IMG/VR virus record: IMGVR_UViG_3300032770_000001
Coordinates: 310,001-374,000 of that record
DNA: 64,000 nucleotides
Reading direction: 5' to 3' (one strand)
Numbering within the stretch: position 1 is the first letter of the stretch; each line of letters starts with the position of its first letter. Shown here piece by piece: positions 1 to 9,404 of the stretch. The notes under the pieces were generated by a model. The model was not told the origin of the DNA. It saw only the letters and a program-made list of their open reading frames with translations, and did not search any database. The translations under genes were made by a program, and so were the position numbers.

Positions 1-34
1 TCAGGGCACCAGCTTCCGAATTCGCCGCAATGAA

Positions 35-271
35 GTGAAGTTGCTCAAGAACCAGAAAACCAAGACCGCTTTCGAACAACCACGTCTCGGTCAGAAGGTG
101 TATTTCAGCAGCATTGCGCACGGCAAGGGCGCACGCCGCGACACCATCTATGCATTGGTAAATGAGGCCGACACCGGGGAATTGACTTTGAGCGCCACGC
201 TGGACGATTGCCTGTTGAGAATCAATGAGCGTGGTTGGGTGATCGTAGATCGCCCGAAAAGTTTGTCGTAG
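35..271 (+). CDS. hypothetical protein (may extend beyond window start)
   Basis: ORF in the + strand gene run, followed by a hairpin. Confidence 0.55.
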   Translation: MKLLKNQKTKTAFEQPRLGQKVYFSSIAHGKGARRDTIYALVNEADTGELTLSATLDDCLLRINERGWVIVDRPKSLS

Positions 272-346
272 CGTTCTTGCCAAGAACGTTCCCTCCGAAC
301 CAATGTGATTTTGAGCGATAACGTTTCGCCACGTTGGACTACGACA

Positions 347-380
347 AGGGGCAGGTTGCCAAACCTGCCCCAACAGTTTA
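347..380 (+). terminator. GC-rich hairpin, possible intrinsic terminator
   Basis: GGGGCAGGTT-gcca-AACCTGCCCC 10-bp stem in an intergenic gap; weak T tail. Confidence 0.5.
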
Positions 381-390
381 GGATAAAGTC

Positions 391-666
391 ATGTTGAAGA
401 AGCTATCGGTAGCAGCGCAGGAATCGCAGTTCGAACAAACCCTCACCGACTACTGGAGGAAATTCGGTATCGGCACGGACACGATGGGCATTGGACATTG
501 CTCGTTTTGCGGCAACCGGGGCATCATCGATTCACGCAGCATCACGACACCAGCCGGACAAGTTTGCGGTCGTCTGAACTGGTGCATCTGCCCCAACGGA
601 CAGACCATGCGGCGTCAGACCAAGCAGATGTTCCCGGACGAAGCACAGTGGGATCGAGCGAGGTAG
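391..666 (+). CDS. Cys-rich hypothetical protein
   Basis: AGGA upstream; CxxC and CxC motifs; abuts next gene. Confidence 0.7.
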   Translation: MLKKLSVAAQESQFEQTLTDYWRKFGIGTDTMGIGHCSFCGNRGIIDSRSITTPAGQVCGRLNWCICPNGQTMRRQTKQMFPDEAQWDRAR

Positions 667-667
667 C

Positions 668-871
668 ATGGGTTGGCCTACAGGCTTTCAGTTTTCGATG
701 GCACCGTGGGGATACACGATCATCATCGACCGGGTGCCGGACACGTCAATGGGAAGTGTGCGATACAAGTGCCACTACGACCGCTGCACTCAGGATTTCA
801 TTTTCCCGTTGGATAGCTCTCAAGAGTCGGCGCAGCAAGTCATGCGGAAACACGTAGACGAGAAACACTGA
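668..871 (+). CDS. small hypothetical protein (possible C2H2-like Zn binding)
   Basis: C-x4-C...H-x4-H pattern; tight gene packing. Confidence 0.6.
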   Translation: MGWPTGFQFSMAPWGYTIIIDRVPDTSMGSVRYKCHYDRCTQDFIFPLDSSQESAQQVMRKHVDEKH

Positions 872-880
872 GGAGGCTCC

Positions 881-1393
881 ATGCAGGGTGAAGAGAAGCG
901 CATCTACGTAGTCGTAGCCAACACGGTCCAGCATCCCCTATTCGAGGGACGCCGAGGCGAGGACACGCGCACTATTGTGCAGGTTCCCGGTCGGCAGATT
1001 GCTCAGGCGTGCCACGCCGTTCGCCGCATGGGGCACTACATGGTCATCCGTGCGGTTCTCGGTCTGTTCGAGGATATTCGGGGCGGCAAGTTCCGCAACT
1101 TGAAGAATCGTCTTGACACCATCCGGGCGACCATCGCCCATGAATTGCATTACGAGCCCATCACGACTATCGTGCTCTCATGCCGCGACAGTTTCGAACT
1201 GGAGCACGTCTACGATCTGCTTCGGATCGCGGGTGTGGACGTTTTCATGTTCTTCGACACCAACCCGGCTGTTTACGGCGAGGGCGAGGTTCGCACCGCG
1301 TTCGCCACAGACCCGATTGATCCCTCCAAGACGGTGGGAGTCATCGATTATCTCCCTCTATGGAGCCCGGAAGTGACTGGAAACAAAGGGTAA
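881..1393 (+). CDS. peptidyl-tRNA hydrolase Pth2-like protein
   Basis: GAGGAGG RBS; 'IYVVV...PGRQIAQACHA' resembles the PTH2 'GKxAAQxxHA' motif; 'TIVL...D...TAFATDP' and C-terminal 'LPLW' fit the PTH2 layout. Confidence 0.65.
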   Translation: MQGEEKRIYVVVANTVQHPLFEGRRGEDTRTIVQVPGRQIAQACHAVRRMGHYMVIRAVLGLFEDIRGGKFRNLKNRLDTIRATIAHELHYEPITTIVLSCRDSFELEHVYDLLRIAGVDVFMFFDTNPAVYGEGEVRTAFATDPIDPSKTVGVIDYLPLWSPEVTGNKG

Positions 1394-1402
1394 ACAGGCT
1401 CA

Positions 1403-1445
1403 AAAATCCTACCTTTTTCGACTCGTTGACTGGTAGAATGTAGGC
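1403..1445 (+). promoter_or_regulatory. phage promoter (AAATCCTA...TGGTAGAAT extended -10), probably leaderless
   Basis: near-identical to 7679-7720; TAGAAT lies 6 nt before the ATG with no SD. Confidence 0.65.
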
Positions 1446-1766
1446 ATGGACAACAGCGTACCGCAAACGATTCTCCAGCAGTTAGGCGGCAGCCGCTTTC
1501 GCACCATGACCGGGGCGCACAGCTTCACCGCTGACGGCAACAGCTTGATCTTCAAACTGCCCCGCACGTCCAACAAAAAGCGCATCGCTGGCGTCAAGAT
1601 CACCCTGACGCCGCAAGACGAGTACGACATGGAGTTCTTCGCGTTCCGTGGTTCGCTGTCGAAGGGCAACTACCGCTGCGAGACAGTCGCCAAGCACGAT
1701 GGTATCTATTGCGACATGTTGCAGGACATCTTCACGCAGGAGACCGGGCTGGACACCCACCTATAA
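1446..1766 (+). CDS. conserved phage hypothetical protein
   Basis: 'TILQQLGGxRFxxMTGA' N-terminus recognisable from other phage ORFs. Confidence 0.75.
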   Translation: MDNSVPQTILQQLGGSRFRTMTGAHSFTADGNSLIFKLPRTSNKKRIAGVKITLTPQDEYDMEFFAFRGSLSKGNYRCETVAKHDGIYCDMLQDIFTQETGLDTHL

Positions 1767-1768
1767 AC

Positions 1769-2047
1769 ATGACTGGACGACTCCAACTCGAATTAGATCG
1801 CGAGACACAGCGGCACGAGAAAAAGGTCGCTGAACTGGCAAACCGTTGCCTGCAAGACTTCAAGGACGAATGGAAGCAGGGCAGCAAGGTGCGGCTGACC
1901 TTCGGCATGGGCGACGTGCTGGTCGAGGTCAACAACCTTCCGGTAGACGAAGAGGACTATCCGGAGATCGAGCAAGTCATCATGGACGTGTGCGAGATCA
2001 CGGATGATTTCCGTATCGCCTGCCCGGACAACTTGGAGATCAATTGA
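1769..2047 (+). CDS. hypothetical protein
   Basis: ATG directly after upstream stop; acidic protein. Confidence 0.65.
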   Translation: MTGRLQLELDRETQRHEKKVAELANRCLQDFKDEWKQGSKVRLTFGMGDVLVEVNNLPVDEEDYPEIEQVIMDVCEITDDFRIACPDNLEIN

Positions 2048-2307
2048 CGAGCAAAGAACTCAAGGCGGCGAAAGAGAGGCGGGAGCGCCCGAAGCGCAAG
2101 GCGGCTAAAAAGCTGCACGACGCCGGGTACTACCTGTACACCAGCACCGTCCCTGAGTCTACGCTGACGCCTGCCATGCGCATCCTGCGCATCTGCGAAC
2201 AGGCGGCACGCCGGGGCTGGATGTACCCGGAAGAGATCACGAAAATGGCGAAGCTGACTGGAAGGGAGCATAAGGATGCCGCAGCCGTACAAACTGGCGG
2301 AAGATAG
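2044..2307 (+). CDS. hypothetical protein
   Basis: TTGA overlap with upstream stop; GGAG RBS. Confidence 0.6.
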   Translation: MTSKELKAAKERRERPKRKAAKKLHDAGYYLYTSTVPESTLTPAMRILRICEQAARRGWMYPEEITKMAKLTGREHKDAAAVQTGGR

Positions 2308-2470
2308 ACAGGACGAACTGGCTCTGACCACGGAGTTCTTCATCGACGCCCCGGATGGGCGGATGTCGGTGCGACTGCCAAATTTCATCGCCCGGAAAGA
2401 ACAGGAACGCCTTGCTGCCGTGGTCGTGTCGGCATTGAATGTAGACGCTCGTTACAGGAAGGGACAATGA
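2276..2470 (+). CDS. hypothetical protein
   Basis: AAGGA upstream; couples to next gene by ATGA. Confidence 0.55.
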   Translation: MPQPYKLAEDRQDELALTTEFFIDAPDGRMSVRLPNFIARKEQERLAAVVVSALNVDARYRKGQ

Positions 2471-2826
2471 ATCATTTCGACGAGTTCTCCAATTTCATCG
2501 GCAATCTGGAGTGGGCATCCATAGAGTTCAAAACCGAACTCCTGCGCAAGTTGAATGCCGCCGCGTCCGAAGCATACGAACGAGGCAAACAGGCTGCTCT
2601 GGATACGCACGTCTGTCACATCGACGACCCGCTGACCAAGAAGTCGCTCAAGATGCAGAAAGGCGTCAAGGGCCTGACCACGGCTGAAAAAGCACGCATC
2701 CAGAAGATCGCACGCCGGGGCGAGATGATTAACGCGATCAAGCTATGCCGCGAATTGTGTTTCGTCGGATTGTTCGACGCTAAGAAGTTCGTGGAGAAGA
2801 TTCGAGATCAGAGGAAAACGTTTTGA
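2467..2826 (+). CDS. protein with ribosomal L7/L12 C-terminal-like domain
   Basis: 'INAIKLCRELCFVGLFDAKKFVE' matches the L7/L12 CTD pattern 'IxAIKxxRExTGxGLKEAKxxVE'. Confidence 0.65.
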   Translation: MNHFDEFSNFIGNLEWASIEFKTELLRKLNAAASEAYERGKQAALDTHVCHIDDPLTKKSLKMQKGVKGLTTAEKARIQKIARRGEMINAIKLCRELCFVGLFDAKKFVEKIRDQRKTF

Positions 2827-3002
2827 CAGATACAGCCGACCTCGTCTTTCGCCTGCGCAAACGCGCTGAGATCAGGCGGCAGATAACCACTCGTAAGAGT
2901 GTGCAGGAAGGTAAACCTGATCGCATCGCCGACCTTCTGGAAGAGGCGGCGAACGAGATTGTTCGGTTGCAAAAAGAATTGGAGACCCATGAAAAGAGGT
3001 AA
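2823..3002 (+). CDS. conserved small phage protein (59 aa, absent from ORF track)
   Basis: TTG start after GAGG RBS; MTDTADLVFRLRKRAEIRRQITTRKSVQEGKPDRIADLLEEAANEI...; fills the gap exactly. Confidence 0.7.
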   Translation: MTDTADLVFRLRKRAEIRRQITTRKSVQEGKPDRIADLLEEAANEIVRLQKELETHEKR

Positions 3003-3003
3003 C

Positions 3004-3213
3004 ATGGAACGCATTTACGACACCGTCATTCGCTCTATTCGAGCCTTCAAGCCGTACTTCATGGTCGGCAACCGTCACATCGGCTGCGGTCACCGTCACC
3101 GCACGGCTCAGGCGGCACGCAACTGCTTCAAACGGCACGGACTGAGCGCGGGACAATACCGCATCTACCGGGTCGCCACACGCCCGGACATCACCGCACT
3201 GGATCGCGTATGA
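3004..3213 (+). CDS. hypothetical protein
   Basis: GAGGT RBS; CGHxH motif. Confidence 0.6.
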   Translation: MERIYDTVIRSIRAFKPYFMVGNRHIGCGHRHRTAQAARNCFKRHGLSAGQYRIYRVATRPDITALDRV

Positions 3214-3530
3214 ACCACAAAGTCGCAATGATGGAAGTAGAAGTCAACAAGCTGACACGGCAACTCGCGCTGGCTAAGAGCGACCTCGAACAGGTGCGCC
3301 GAACGTGCCGTCACCAGTGGGGCAAGACTCAATACACCCCCGACATTCAGGAAGCTTACACGATTCCCGCCGACCCTCCGGGTACGATGGGCGTTGACTG
3401 GCGTCCGGAATGCCACGTTCCTCGCCAAGTCACGCCGAAGTGGACGCGCACCTGCGAAGAGTGTGGCTTGAAAGAAGAAACGCAGCAGACTGAGGACAAG
3501 ATCGAAAAAATTCTGGTATTCAGGAGATAG
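3210..3530 (+). CDS. hypothetical protein (CxH...CxxC)
   Basis: ATGA overlap; Zn-ligand pattern. Confidence 0.65.
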   Translation: MNHKVAMMEVEVNKLTRQLALAKSDLEQVRRTCRHQWGKTQYTPDIQEAYTIPADPPGTMGVDWRPECHVPRQVTPKWTRTCEECGLKEETQQTEDKIEKILVFRR

Positions 3531-3532
3531 TC

Positions 3533-3898
3533 ATGCTCGAAACCATCAACACTCTGGCGAACTCACTGGTCGAAAAGGCTCCGCAATATCTGCGGATCGC
3601 GTTCAACGAAGAAGACCGCACAAAAGACCCGCAGCCTGAGGCTGCTCACTTCCTCAAGTTCAATCTCGACGGCGACGAACGCCGCATGGGTCGCGACCTC
3701 GAACTCTACAATTTCATGTCGGAAGTTGCCGGGGAGCAGTCGGCTCTGGCTACGCTACTCGAAGAACTGGTACTGCCACTCAAGGGCTATTCCCGCGAGG
3801 CTTTTGATGCTGGTATCGCTTTCCTGCGGGAACGTGGTACGATCTATGGTGAATTGCAGGCGGATTGGAACAATCTGCTTGACTCGGTCAGCAAATAG
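3533..3898 (+). CDS. hypothetical protein
   Basis: AGGAG RBS; tight packing. Confidence 0.7.
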   Translation: MLETINTLANSLVEKAPQYLRIAFNEEDRTKDPQPEAAHFLKFNLDGDERRMGRDLELYNFMSEVAGEQSALATLLEELVLPLKGYSREAFDAGIAFLRERGTIYGELQADWNNLLDSVSK

Positions 3899-3905
3899 GA
3901 GACTC

Positions 3906-4517
3906 ATGAAAAAGCCAGTTATCACCCCCGCAGCCATCGCCGCACTTGCCGATGGCAATACGGCCAATTTTATCGCCGCCCTCACACCGGGCGGTATCGA
4001 AGCGCAGGAAGCCGCTGGACAGCGCGATATGGTCGCCAACACCCGCCTGCCCAAAGAGATCATCCACAGCACTGACGTGAACCCCATCGTCCTCGCATCG
4101 AAGGGCTTTGAGTTCCTCGGCGACTATGACGATCTGTTCTACAGCGTCAAGTTGCCTGCCGGGTGGAAGCTGGTTCCGACCGACCATTCCATGTGGAGCG
4201 ATCTGGTTGACGACAAGGGCCGCGTCCGTGCGAACATCTTCTACAAAGCGGCGTTCTACGACCGCTCTGCGCACATGAGTTTCAATCCCCGCTTCTACGT
4301 CAACAGCGAGTACGAGGGCGGCAGCTATGCCCCGGACGCTCGTAAACGATACTTTGTGACCGACCGCCTCAACCCCGACAATCCGCCGTTCCGTGGCGAG
4401 TTCTTCACACGTCAGCGCGACAACTGGGGTCAGGACACCGAGGAGAGCAACAAGGTCTACGCTTGGTTGAAAACGAACTACCCGGACTACGAAAAGTCGT
4501 TCGCATACTGGGACTGA
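3906..4517 (+). CDS. conserved phage hypothetical protein
   Basis: AGGAG RBS before MKKPV; 'GGIEAQEAAGQ...LPxGW...TDHSMWS...FYKAAFYDR' conserved-looking motifs. Confidence 0.75.
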   Translation: MKKPVITPAAIAALADGNTANFIAALTPGGIEAQEAAGQRDMVANTRLPKEIIHSTDVNPIVLASKGFEFLGDYDDLFYSVKLPAGWKLVPTDHSMWSDLVDDKGRVRANIFYKAAFYDRSAHMSFNPRFYVNSEYEGGSYAPDARKRYFVTDRLNPDNPPFRGEFFTRQRDNWGQDTEESNKVYAWLKTNYPDYEKSFAYWD

Positions 4518-4529
4518 ATCGGAGGGTTT

Positions 4530-4979
4530 ATGGCTTGCAAGATTACCGACTTTGACGAGAGTTTGCCTGTAGACTTCGTGTTCGGCAGCAACGAACTCGG
4601 ACAGCACGGCGGCGGTGCCGCTGGCGTGGCATGGCGCGAGTACGGCGCACGGTATGCGGGTCACGGCGGTGCCGGACAGGGCTTCGGTCCGCAGGGGAAT
4701 TGTTTCGGTATTCCGACTTGCTCCAAAACCTGCAACCAGCCGGATCACGACATCGAGTACGACAAGCTGAAATACTACATCCAGTGCTTCCTGCTGTGGG
4801 CTCGATTGCAGATGGGCAGACGACAATTCAAGGTCACGCAGATCGGATGCGGACTCGCCGGGTGGAAGTCGGAAGAAGTCGCACCCCTGTTCAACGACGC
4901 CCCGCCGAACTGCTTCTATGATACGGCATGGCACGAGTTCCTCGGCGATGAGAAGAAGTATTGGGGGCACGTCGGATAG
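4530..4979 (+). CDS. macrodomain-like protein (FVFGSN family)
   Basis: 'FVFGSNxxGxHGGGAA' and 'TQIGCGLAG' parallel the macrodomain N-x6-GGG and IGxGxxG loops. Confidence 0.65.
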   Translation: MACKITDFDESLPVDFVFGSNELGQHGGGAAGVAWREYGARYAGHGGAGQGFGPQGNCFGIPTCSKTCNQPDHDIEYDKLKYYIQCFLLWARLQMGRRQFKVTQIGCGLAGWKSEEVAPLFNDAPPNCFYDTAWHEFLGDEKKYWGHVG

Positions 4980-5011
4980 AATCAGGGAGTGATCGATCAT
5001 GGGAGGTCGTG

Positions 5012-5344
5012 ATGAAAACAATACTGCTGGCAGTTGGTTTGTTGCTTATGTCGTCCGTGTGTTGGGGTCAATCAGTCCTCGGCGGTGGTGGACTTCAAGG
5101 GCCGACAAGCAACACTTACGTGATGCCGGATCATCCGCAGCACGCTGATTATCATGCCATGTCTTCGGAGACGACGCTGGTCGGCGGCGGCTCGATTACC
5201 GTAGCTTCCGGCGAACAACCGCTGTGGCAGTTCGGCTCCGACAAGGTAGAAGAGCCCCTCGGCGATGTCGCCCGTCGTTACCGCCTATACGATGGACGCG
5301 AGAAAGCACGCATTCGTTGGGAAGCGCAGGGCGAGAAAAAGTAA
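5012..5344 (+). CDS. secreted/periplasmic hypothetical protein
   Basis: signal peptide MKTILLAVGLLLMSSVCWG; C-terminal 'PLGDVARRYR'. Confidence 0.7.
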   Translation: MKTILLAVGLLLMSSVCWGQSVLGGGGLQGPTSNTYVMPDHPQHADYHAMSSETTLVGGGSITVASGEQPLWQFGSDKVEEPLGDVARRYRLYDGREKARIRWEAQGEKK

Positions 5345-5550
5345 TGCATTTCTGGTTCCAACATTACGTGCTCTCGACCCTCGCGGTCTATTTGTTCTTC
5401 GCGGTGCTCTATGGGCGCAAATTCAACCAGATCAAGAAAGCACCAAACGTTTGCACTTTGATTGTCGGCGGCTTGCTCTGGTTCCCGATTGTGCTGGTGT
5501 GGGTGTACGGTGGGCTCTGGCGCGATATCAAATCTTGGAGAAAATCATGA
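5344..5550 (+). CDS. small membrane protein
   Basis: two hydrophobic segments; TAATG overlap. Confidence 0.6.
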   Translation: MHFWFQHYVLSTLAVYLFFAVLYGRKFNQIKKAPNVCTLIVGGLLWFPIVLVWVYGGLWRDIKSWRKS

Positions 5551-6380
5551 AGCCACACTTCATATTCCCCTGCGATCCACTCAACGACCGCCGTGTTGAT
5601 GCGGTGTTTGCCGATCAACATGATGCGCTGCTGGCGGCTGGCTTTAATTGCTCGGTTGTCGATCTGGACGATCCACGGATCACGTTCGGCAAAAACAAGC
5701 AGGCTGTGCTACGGGAGTTGTGTGTCTACCGTGGCTGGATGCTGGGCGAAAAAGAGTACGAGAGACTGTTGCACACCATCCAGACCTATGGCGGCTACCC
5801 TATCACCGACGAAAATTCGTATCTGGTCACGCATCACCTGCCGAACTGGTATCAGTATCTTCACGATGTGACGCCGGAGACGATGATACTGCCGAACGGA
5901 ACCTACAACATCGCCGATCTGCCGGAACTGGTACGAGGTCTCTTGCCGCAGTGGGGCGGCATCGTTGTGAAAGATTACGTGAAGTCCCTCAAGACCGGGT
6001 ACGGGCATATCATCAACGAGAACCCCGATATCCTGCCGAAGATCATTGAGCAGATGGTTCAATATCGCGGACGTATCGAAGGCGGATTGTGCTTGCGTCG
6101 ATTCGAACAGTTTATCCCGGACAGCGAGAAGCGGTTCTTTTGTGTCAACGGGCACGCCTACACTGCGGCTCTGGACTCGAACATCCGCGTCATGGCGGAA
6201 TCGACGTACCTTGCTCTGGCGGCGGAAGTCGCAACCCGCATCCCGTCCCATTTCTTCTCGGTGGATATCGCTCTCACCGAGAACCTGACTCCTCGCGTCG
6301 TCGAAATCGGGGATGGACAGGTGTCTGATCTGGTGGGCTGGACGCCGGAAGAATTTGCTGCTATGTGGATAGGACAATGA
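5547..6380 (+). CDS. ATP-grasp domain protein (R2K-like clade)
   Basis: 'YRGWML','HHLPNWY','VKDYVKSLK','EKRFF','FFSVDIA','VVEIGDGQVS'. Confidence 0.8.
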   Translation: MKPHFIFPCDPLNDRRVDAVFADQHDALLAAGFNCSVVDLDDPRITFGKNKQAVLRELCVYRGWMLGEKEYERLLHTIQTYGGYPITDENSYLVTHHLPNWYQYLHDVTPETMILPNGTYNIADLPELVRGLLPQWGGIVVKDYVKSLKTGYGHIINENPDILPKIIEQMVQYRGRIEGGLCLRRFEQFIPDSEKRFFCVNGHAYTAALDSNIRVMAESTYLALAAEVATRIPSHFFSVDIALTENLTPRVVEIGDGQVSDLVGWTPEEFAAMWIGQ

Positions 6381-6673
6381 CAGAAGAACTCTTTTGGTCT
6401 ACTCTCGACGCCTCCCCCATCGGAACTGTAATGCAGCACTCCAGTGGGAGGAAAATCAGAAAAACCAGCAATTCCAGTTACGAGATCGAGTTAACCCCTG
6501 AGCAAGCGGAAAGACTCCGGGAGCACATTCGATCAGGCAAGCCTACCAAGTATCCGTGCAAGAAATGCAGCACGCTCATGCATGAGATGGATGTCATGCC
6601 AGACGGAACCCGTACACTTCGTTGCTCTGGTTGTAACTGGTGGGTCCTCACGAGAGAATCTGACCCGGAATGA
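6377..6673 (+). CDS. Zn-ribbon hypothetical protein
   Basis: CxxC...CxxC at C-terminus. Confidence 0.6.
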   Translation: MTEELFWSTLDASPIGTVMQHSSGRKIRKTSNSSYEIELTPEQAERLREHIRSGKPTKYPCKKCSTLMHEMDVMPDGTRTLRCSGCNWWVLTRESDPE

Positions 6674-6846
6674 AATTTGATACAGACGGCATTTGCGATG
6701 TGTGCCGCATCATAGACAACGATACTTCCCAAAAGAAAGTCTACTGGTGTAATCTGTGTAGAGCATGGATTTGCAAGACCTGTGAGCCTAACGGCGTCCG
6801 GCGTGCAGAAGCCATGTGGCTTCGAGCAACTGGTCAGAAGAAATGA
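6670..6846 (+). CDS. small Cys-rich protein (58 aa, absent from ORF track)
   Basis: MKFDTDGICDVC...WCNLC...ICKTC; ATGA overlaps at both ends. Confidence 0.6.
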   Translation: MKFDTDGICDVCRIIDNDTSQKKVYWCNLCRAWICKTCEPNGVRRAEAMWLRATGQKK

Positions 6847-6995
6847 TAAATAGAATAGTATTTCGAGCCATTGCTTTTTTGATTCTTGTTGGCATCATAG
6901 TCGATGCGAGTAAGACGAACGGGCTCCAATGGGTGAGCATTCTCGGCGCGGTTATGGCGGCTTTCTTCTGGGAAATTGGTGAGCTATTCAAATGA
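6843..6995 (+). CDS. small membrane protein (50 aa, absent from ORF track)
   Basis: MINRIVFRAIAFLILVGIIV...; ATGA overlaps. Confidence 0.55.
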   Translation: MINRIVFRAIAFLILVGIIVDASKTNGLQWVSILGAVMAAFFWEIGELFK

Positions 6996-7300
6996 GTTTC
7001 TACGTGCACATCCCCACTCCTAAGGTCAAGACGTACTACATGACCTGCTCAGCCTGTCCCTCACAATGGGAAGGCACCCTCGAAGGCGGCGGACACCTGT
7101 ACATCCGATATCGTTGGGGCGGCATCAGCCTGTACGTCGGTAAAGACCTTCAGGATTGCTTCGAACAAGGGCCGATCTTCACCAACGATTTTGCCGACAG
7201 CTTGGACGGCGTCATGGATGATGAGACCATGAAATTTGCAACCGGGCACATCCTCGATTGGTCGGAAGCAGAACGCATCCCGGTGCCGGAGGAAGAGTGA
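6992..7300 (+). CDS. conserved phage hypothetical protein
   Basis: 'TCSACPSQWEG...YIRYRWG' motif. Confidence 0.7.
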   Translation: MSFYVHIPTPKVKTYYMTCSACPSQWEGTLEGGGHLYIRYRWGGISLYVGKDLQDCFEQGPIFTNDFADSLDGVMDDETMKFATGHILDWSEAERIPVPEEE

Positions 7301-7680
7301 TCCTCGATTTCGACAAGCCGAAGAAAGCACGATCCACCGAAGAGCACAACGAGATATACAGCGCCGACTGTCCGGCAGCAGGCACCTACGTCCCCAATAT
7401 GTCGGATGCCGACATGCTCAAATGGAAGGCGAAGGTGATCGGCGGCAAAGACCCCCGCGTCGAAATCCGTAAGAGTGTCCGGGGCGTTGACCCCACGTTG
7501 ATCCGGGAGGACAACTTCAGCATCTACAACGGGCACTGTTCGGCTCAGGTGCTCATAATCGTGCGACCGAACAAGGTCATCATGTCATCCAATGGCAGGA
7601 TGGTGTTTGACGGCAAGGTCTGGGAAGAGCTATCTAAAGCCGTCGAAGAAGCCCGTAAAGCACTGAAAACTAAGGCGTAA
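7297..7680 (+). CDS. hypothetical protein
   Basis: GTGA overlap, GGAGG RBS; 'GTYVPNMS...WKAK'. Confidence 0.7.
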   Translation: MILDFDKPKKARSTEEHNEIYSADCPAAGTYVPNMSDADMLKWKAKVIGGKDPRVEIRKSVRGVDPTLIREDNFSIYNGHCSAQVLIIVRPNKVIMSSNGRMVFDGKVWEELSKAVEEARKALKTKA

Positions 7681-7720
7681 ATCCTAACCAAAACCACTCC
7701 CGTACTGGTAGAATATAGGC
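7679..7720 (+). promoter_or_regulatory. phage promoter (AAATCCTA...TGGTAGAAT), probably leaderless
   Basis: shares ACTGGTAGAATrTAGGC-ATG with 1403-1445. Confidence 0.65.
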
Positions 7721-8527
7721 ATGGCGACTGGCATCAAGGCGCAGCTTCCTACCAACATCAGTCTCGATGGGTTGCAGCGTCTCGCCTCGGATTCGGATTG
7801 GGGCTGGCATTTCAAATACAATGGCGACCGCCGCACGGTCAAGAAAGAAGCCGGACACATTCAGGATTTCAACCGGGACGGCGCACCCGGCAAAGGTCTG
7901 CCGCAGCATATCGTTGACGCCCTCCTCAATCACCCTCTCCCGCAATTTCTGATCGACGTGGAGTTCGTTCATTTCGGGCGGCACGATACGATCTACGTGT
8001 TCGACTCGCTGATTCTCGGCGACGAGTTCGTTGCGGTCGAGCCGTTCGAGTATCGCGAAGCCCGGTACCATGCTGAATTCGACAATTATGCTTCCTGCAT
8101 AGTTCCGGTGTTCACCGCCCGGACGCCGGAAGAAAAAACCCGGATGTTCGTACAGACGGCTCAGGACGGCATCGAAGGCATCGTGGCGCACAAGATGAGT
8201 GCAGCTTACGAAGAGGGTCGTTCAACGAATGTTTTCAAGTTCAAATTCATCAAGCAACTCGACGCCGTATGCATGGGCGACGATCCCAAGGGCAAAGACA
8301 GCGTTCGCCTCGGCTGCTATGACGAGCACGGCAAGTTGCATGAGATTTGCGGAGCCCGGATTATTGGCATCCACCCGACAAAAGGTCAGGTGGTTGAGAT
8401 CAGATACAACAAGGGCACCAAGAAACGGCACGTGATGGAGATTCACATCGAACGCATCCGGGACGACAAGAAGCCCCGCGAATGTACTCTCGATCAAATC
8501 GTGGTCAACGCCGACTTTAGGAGATAA
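7721..8527 (+). CDS. minimal ATP-dependent DNA ligase
   Basis: motif I KYNGDR, III 'LIDVE', IIIa 'YVFD', IV 'EGIV', V 'KFK', OB-fold end 'RIRDDK'. Confidence 0.8.
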   Translation: MATGIKAQLPTNISLDGLQRLASDSDWGWHFKYNGDRRTVKKEAGHIQDFNRDGAPGKGLPQHIVDALLNHPLPQFLIDVEFVHFGRHDTIYVFDSLILGDEFVAVEPFEYREARYHAEFDNYASCIVPVFTARTPEEKTRMFVQTAQDGIEGIVAHKMSAAYEEGRSTNVFKFKFIKQLDAVCMGDDPKGKDSVRLGCYDEHGKLHEICGARIIGIHPTKGQVVEIRYNKGTKKRHVMEIHIERIRDDKKPRECTLDQIVVNADFRR

Positions 8528-8529
8528 CC

Positions 8530-8769
8530 GTGGACGAATTTAATGGGCACCAGAATCCGGAAACGTTCAACACTAACGGTCTGACCGAACATCAGTTACA
8601 GGTCGCCGCCCTTTGCGTCAACATGGCGGAAGGTGAACAGCGCCCGTGGGCAAGTGCGGAGAACCTGCAATTTTTCGTGAGGGATTTCGTTCGCGAATCC
8701 ATTCAGAGCGCCATTGACGGCAACAAGCTGACCGAAGCTGGCGTCGAAGTGGCGAGGAGCATCTTATGA
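8530..8769 (+). CDS. hypothetical protein
   Basis: AGGAG RBS. Confidence 0.6.
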   Translation: MDEFNGHQNPETFNTNGLTEHQLQVAALCVNMAEGEQRPWASAENLQFFVRDFVRESIQSAIDGNKLTEAGVEVARSIL

Positions 8770-8969
8770 ACAGCGCCGAACGTGCCGAACAATTCGAGAT
8801 TCTGTATACTGCTTACATCGCCAAGCTGCGTCGGCTGGATGAACTGCAAGCACAGGGTCGTTACGGTTTCCAACTGCGGATGCCGAAGAAGGCACTGGCG
8901 ATTGCGATGAAAAATTTGCGGGAGTTCGGTAAGAAACATGGTGTAGAAGTCGAGTCTCTGTTCTACTAA
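8766..8969 (+). CDS. hypothetical protein
   Basis: GAGGAG RBS, ATGA overlap. Confidence 0.6.
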   Translation: MNSAERAEQFEILYTAYIAKLRRLDELQAQGRYGFQLRMPKKALAIAMKNLREFGKKHGVEVESLFY

Positions 8970-9041
8970 GGCTATGGCAACGGCGAGATTGATTCTCTGG
9001 ATTCTTGTGGTTTTAGCGGTCATTCGACTAAGGGAGACTTT

Positions 9042-9404
9042 ATGAACATCGACATTCTGGATGACGAGATTTTCTCAGACATCGCCCGGAACTGCGGCTA
9101 TGATCTGGACAACGAGAATGAACTGGAGGCGGCAACCGCACAGATCGTGAAGATGTCGCCGGAAGAGGCATGGGAGCGATACTGCGTGTGGAACGGACTA
9201 CTAGGTAGCTTCCACTACTCGCTACGGGAAGCGTACCAGAACATTTTTGAAGCGTGCAATCCCGATGCCCTGACGGTCGAGGATTATGACACAATCATGG
9301 CTGCCCTGAGTCTGGCGCAGTCAGGCGCGAATCCGACAGCTTACCTTGCACTGGCAACCGTTCGCAGCAAAGTGAGCAAGATGCAGGAAAAGGTGATGGC
9401 ATGA
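9042..9404 (+). CDS. hypothetical protein
   Basis: AGGGAG RBS. Confidence 0.65.
   Translation: MNIDILDDEIFSDIARNCGYDLDNENELEAATAQIVKMSPEEAWERYCVWNGLLGSFHYSLREAYQNIFEACNPDALTVEDYDTIMAALSLAQSGANPTAYLALATVRSKVSKMQEKVMA

Noticed and set aside
3888-5021. 377-aa minus-strand ORF and many other long antisense ORFs (e.g. 41786..42922, 44955..45998)
   Set aside because: They are shadows of well-supported genes on the opposite strand in GC-rich DNA, with no motifs or RBS.
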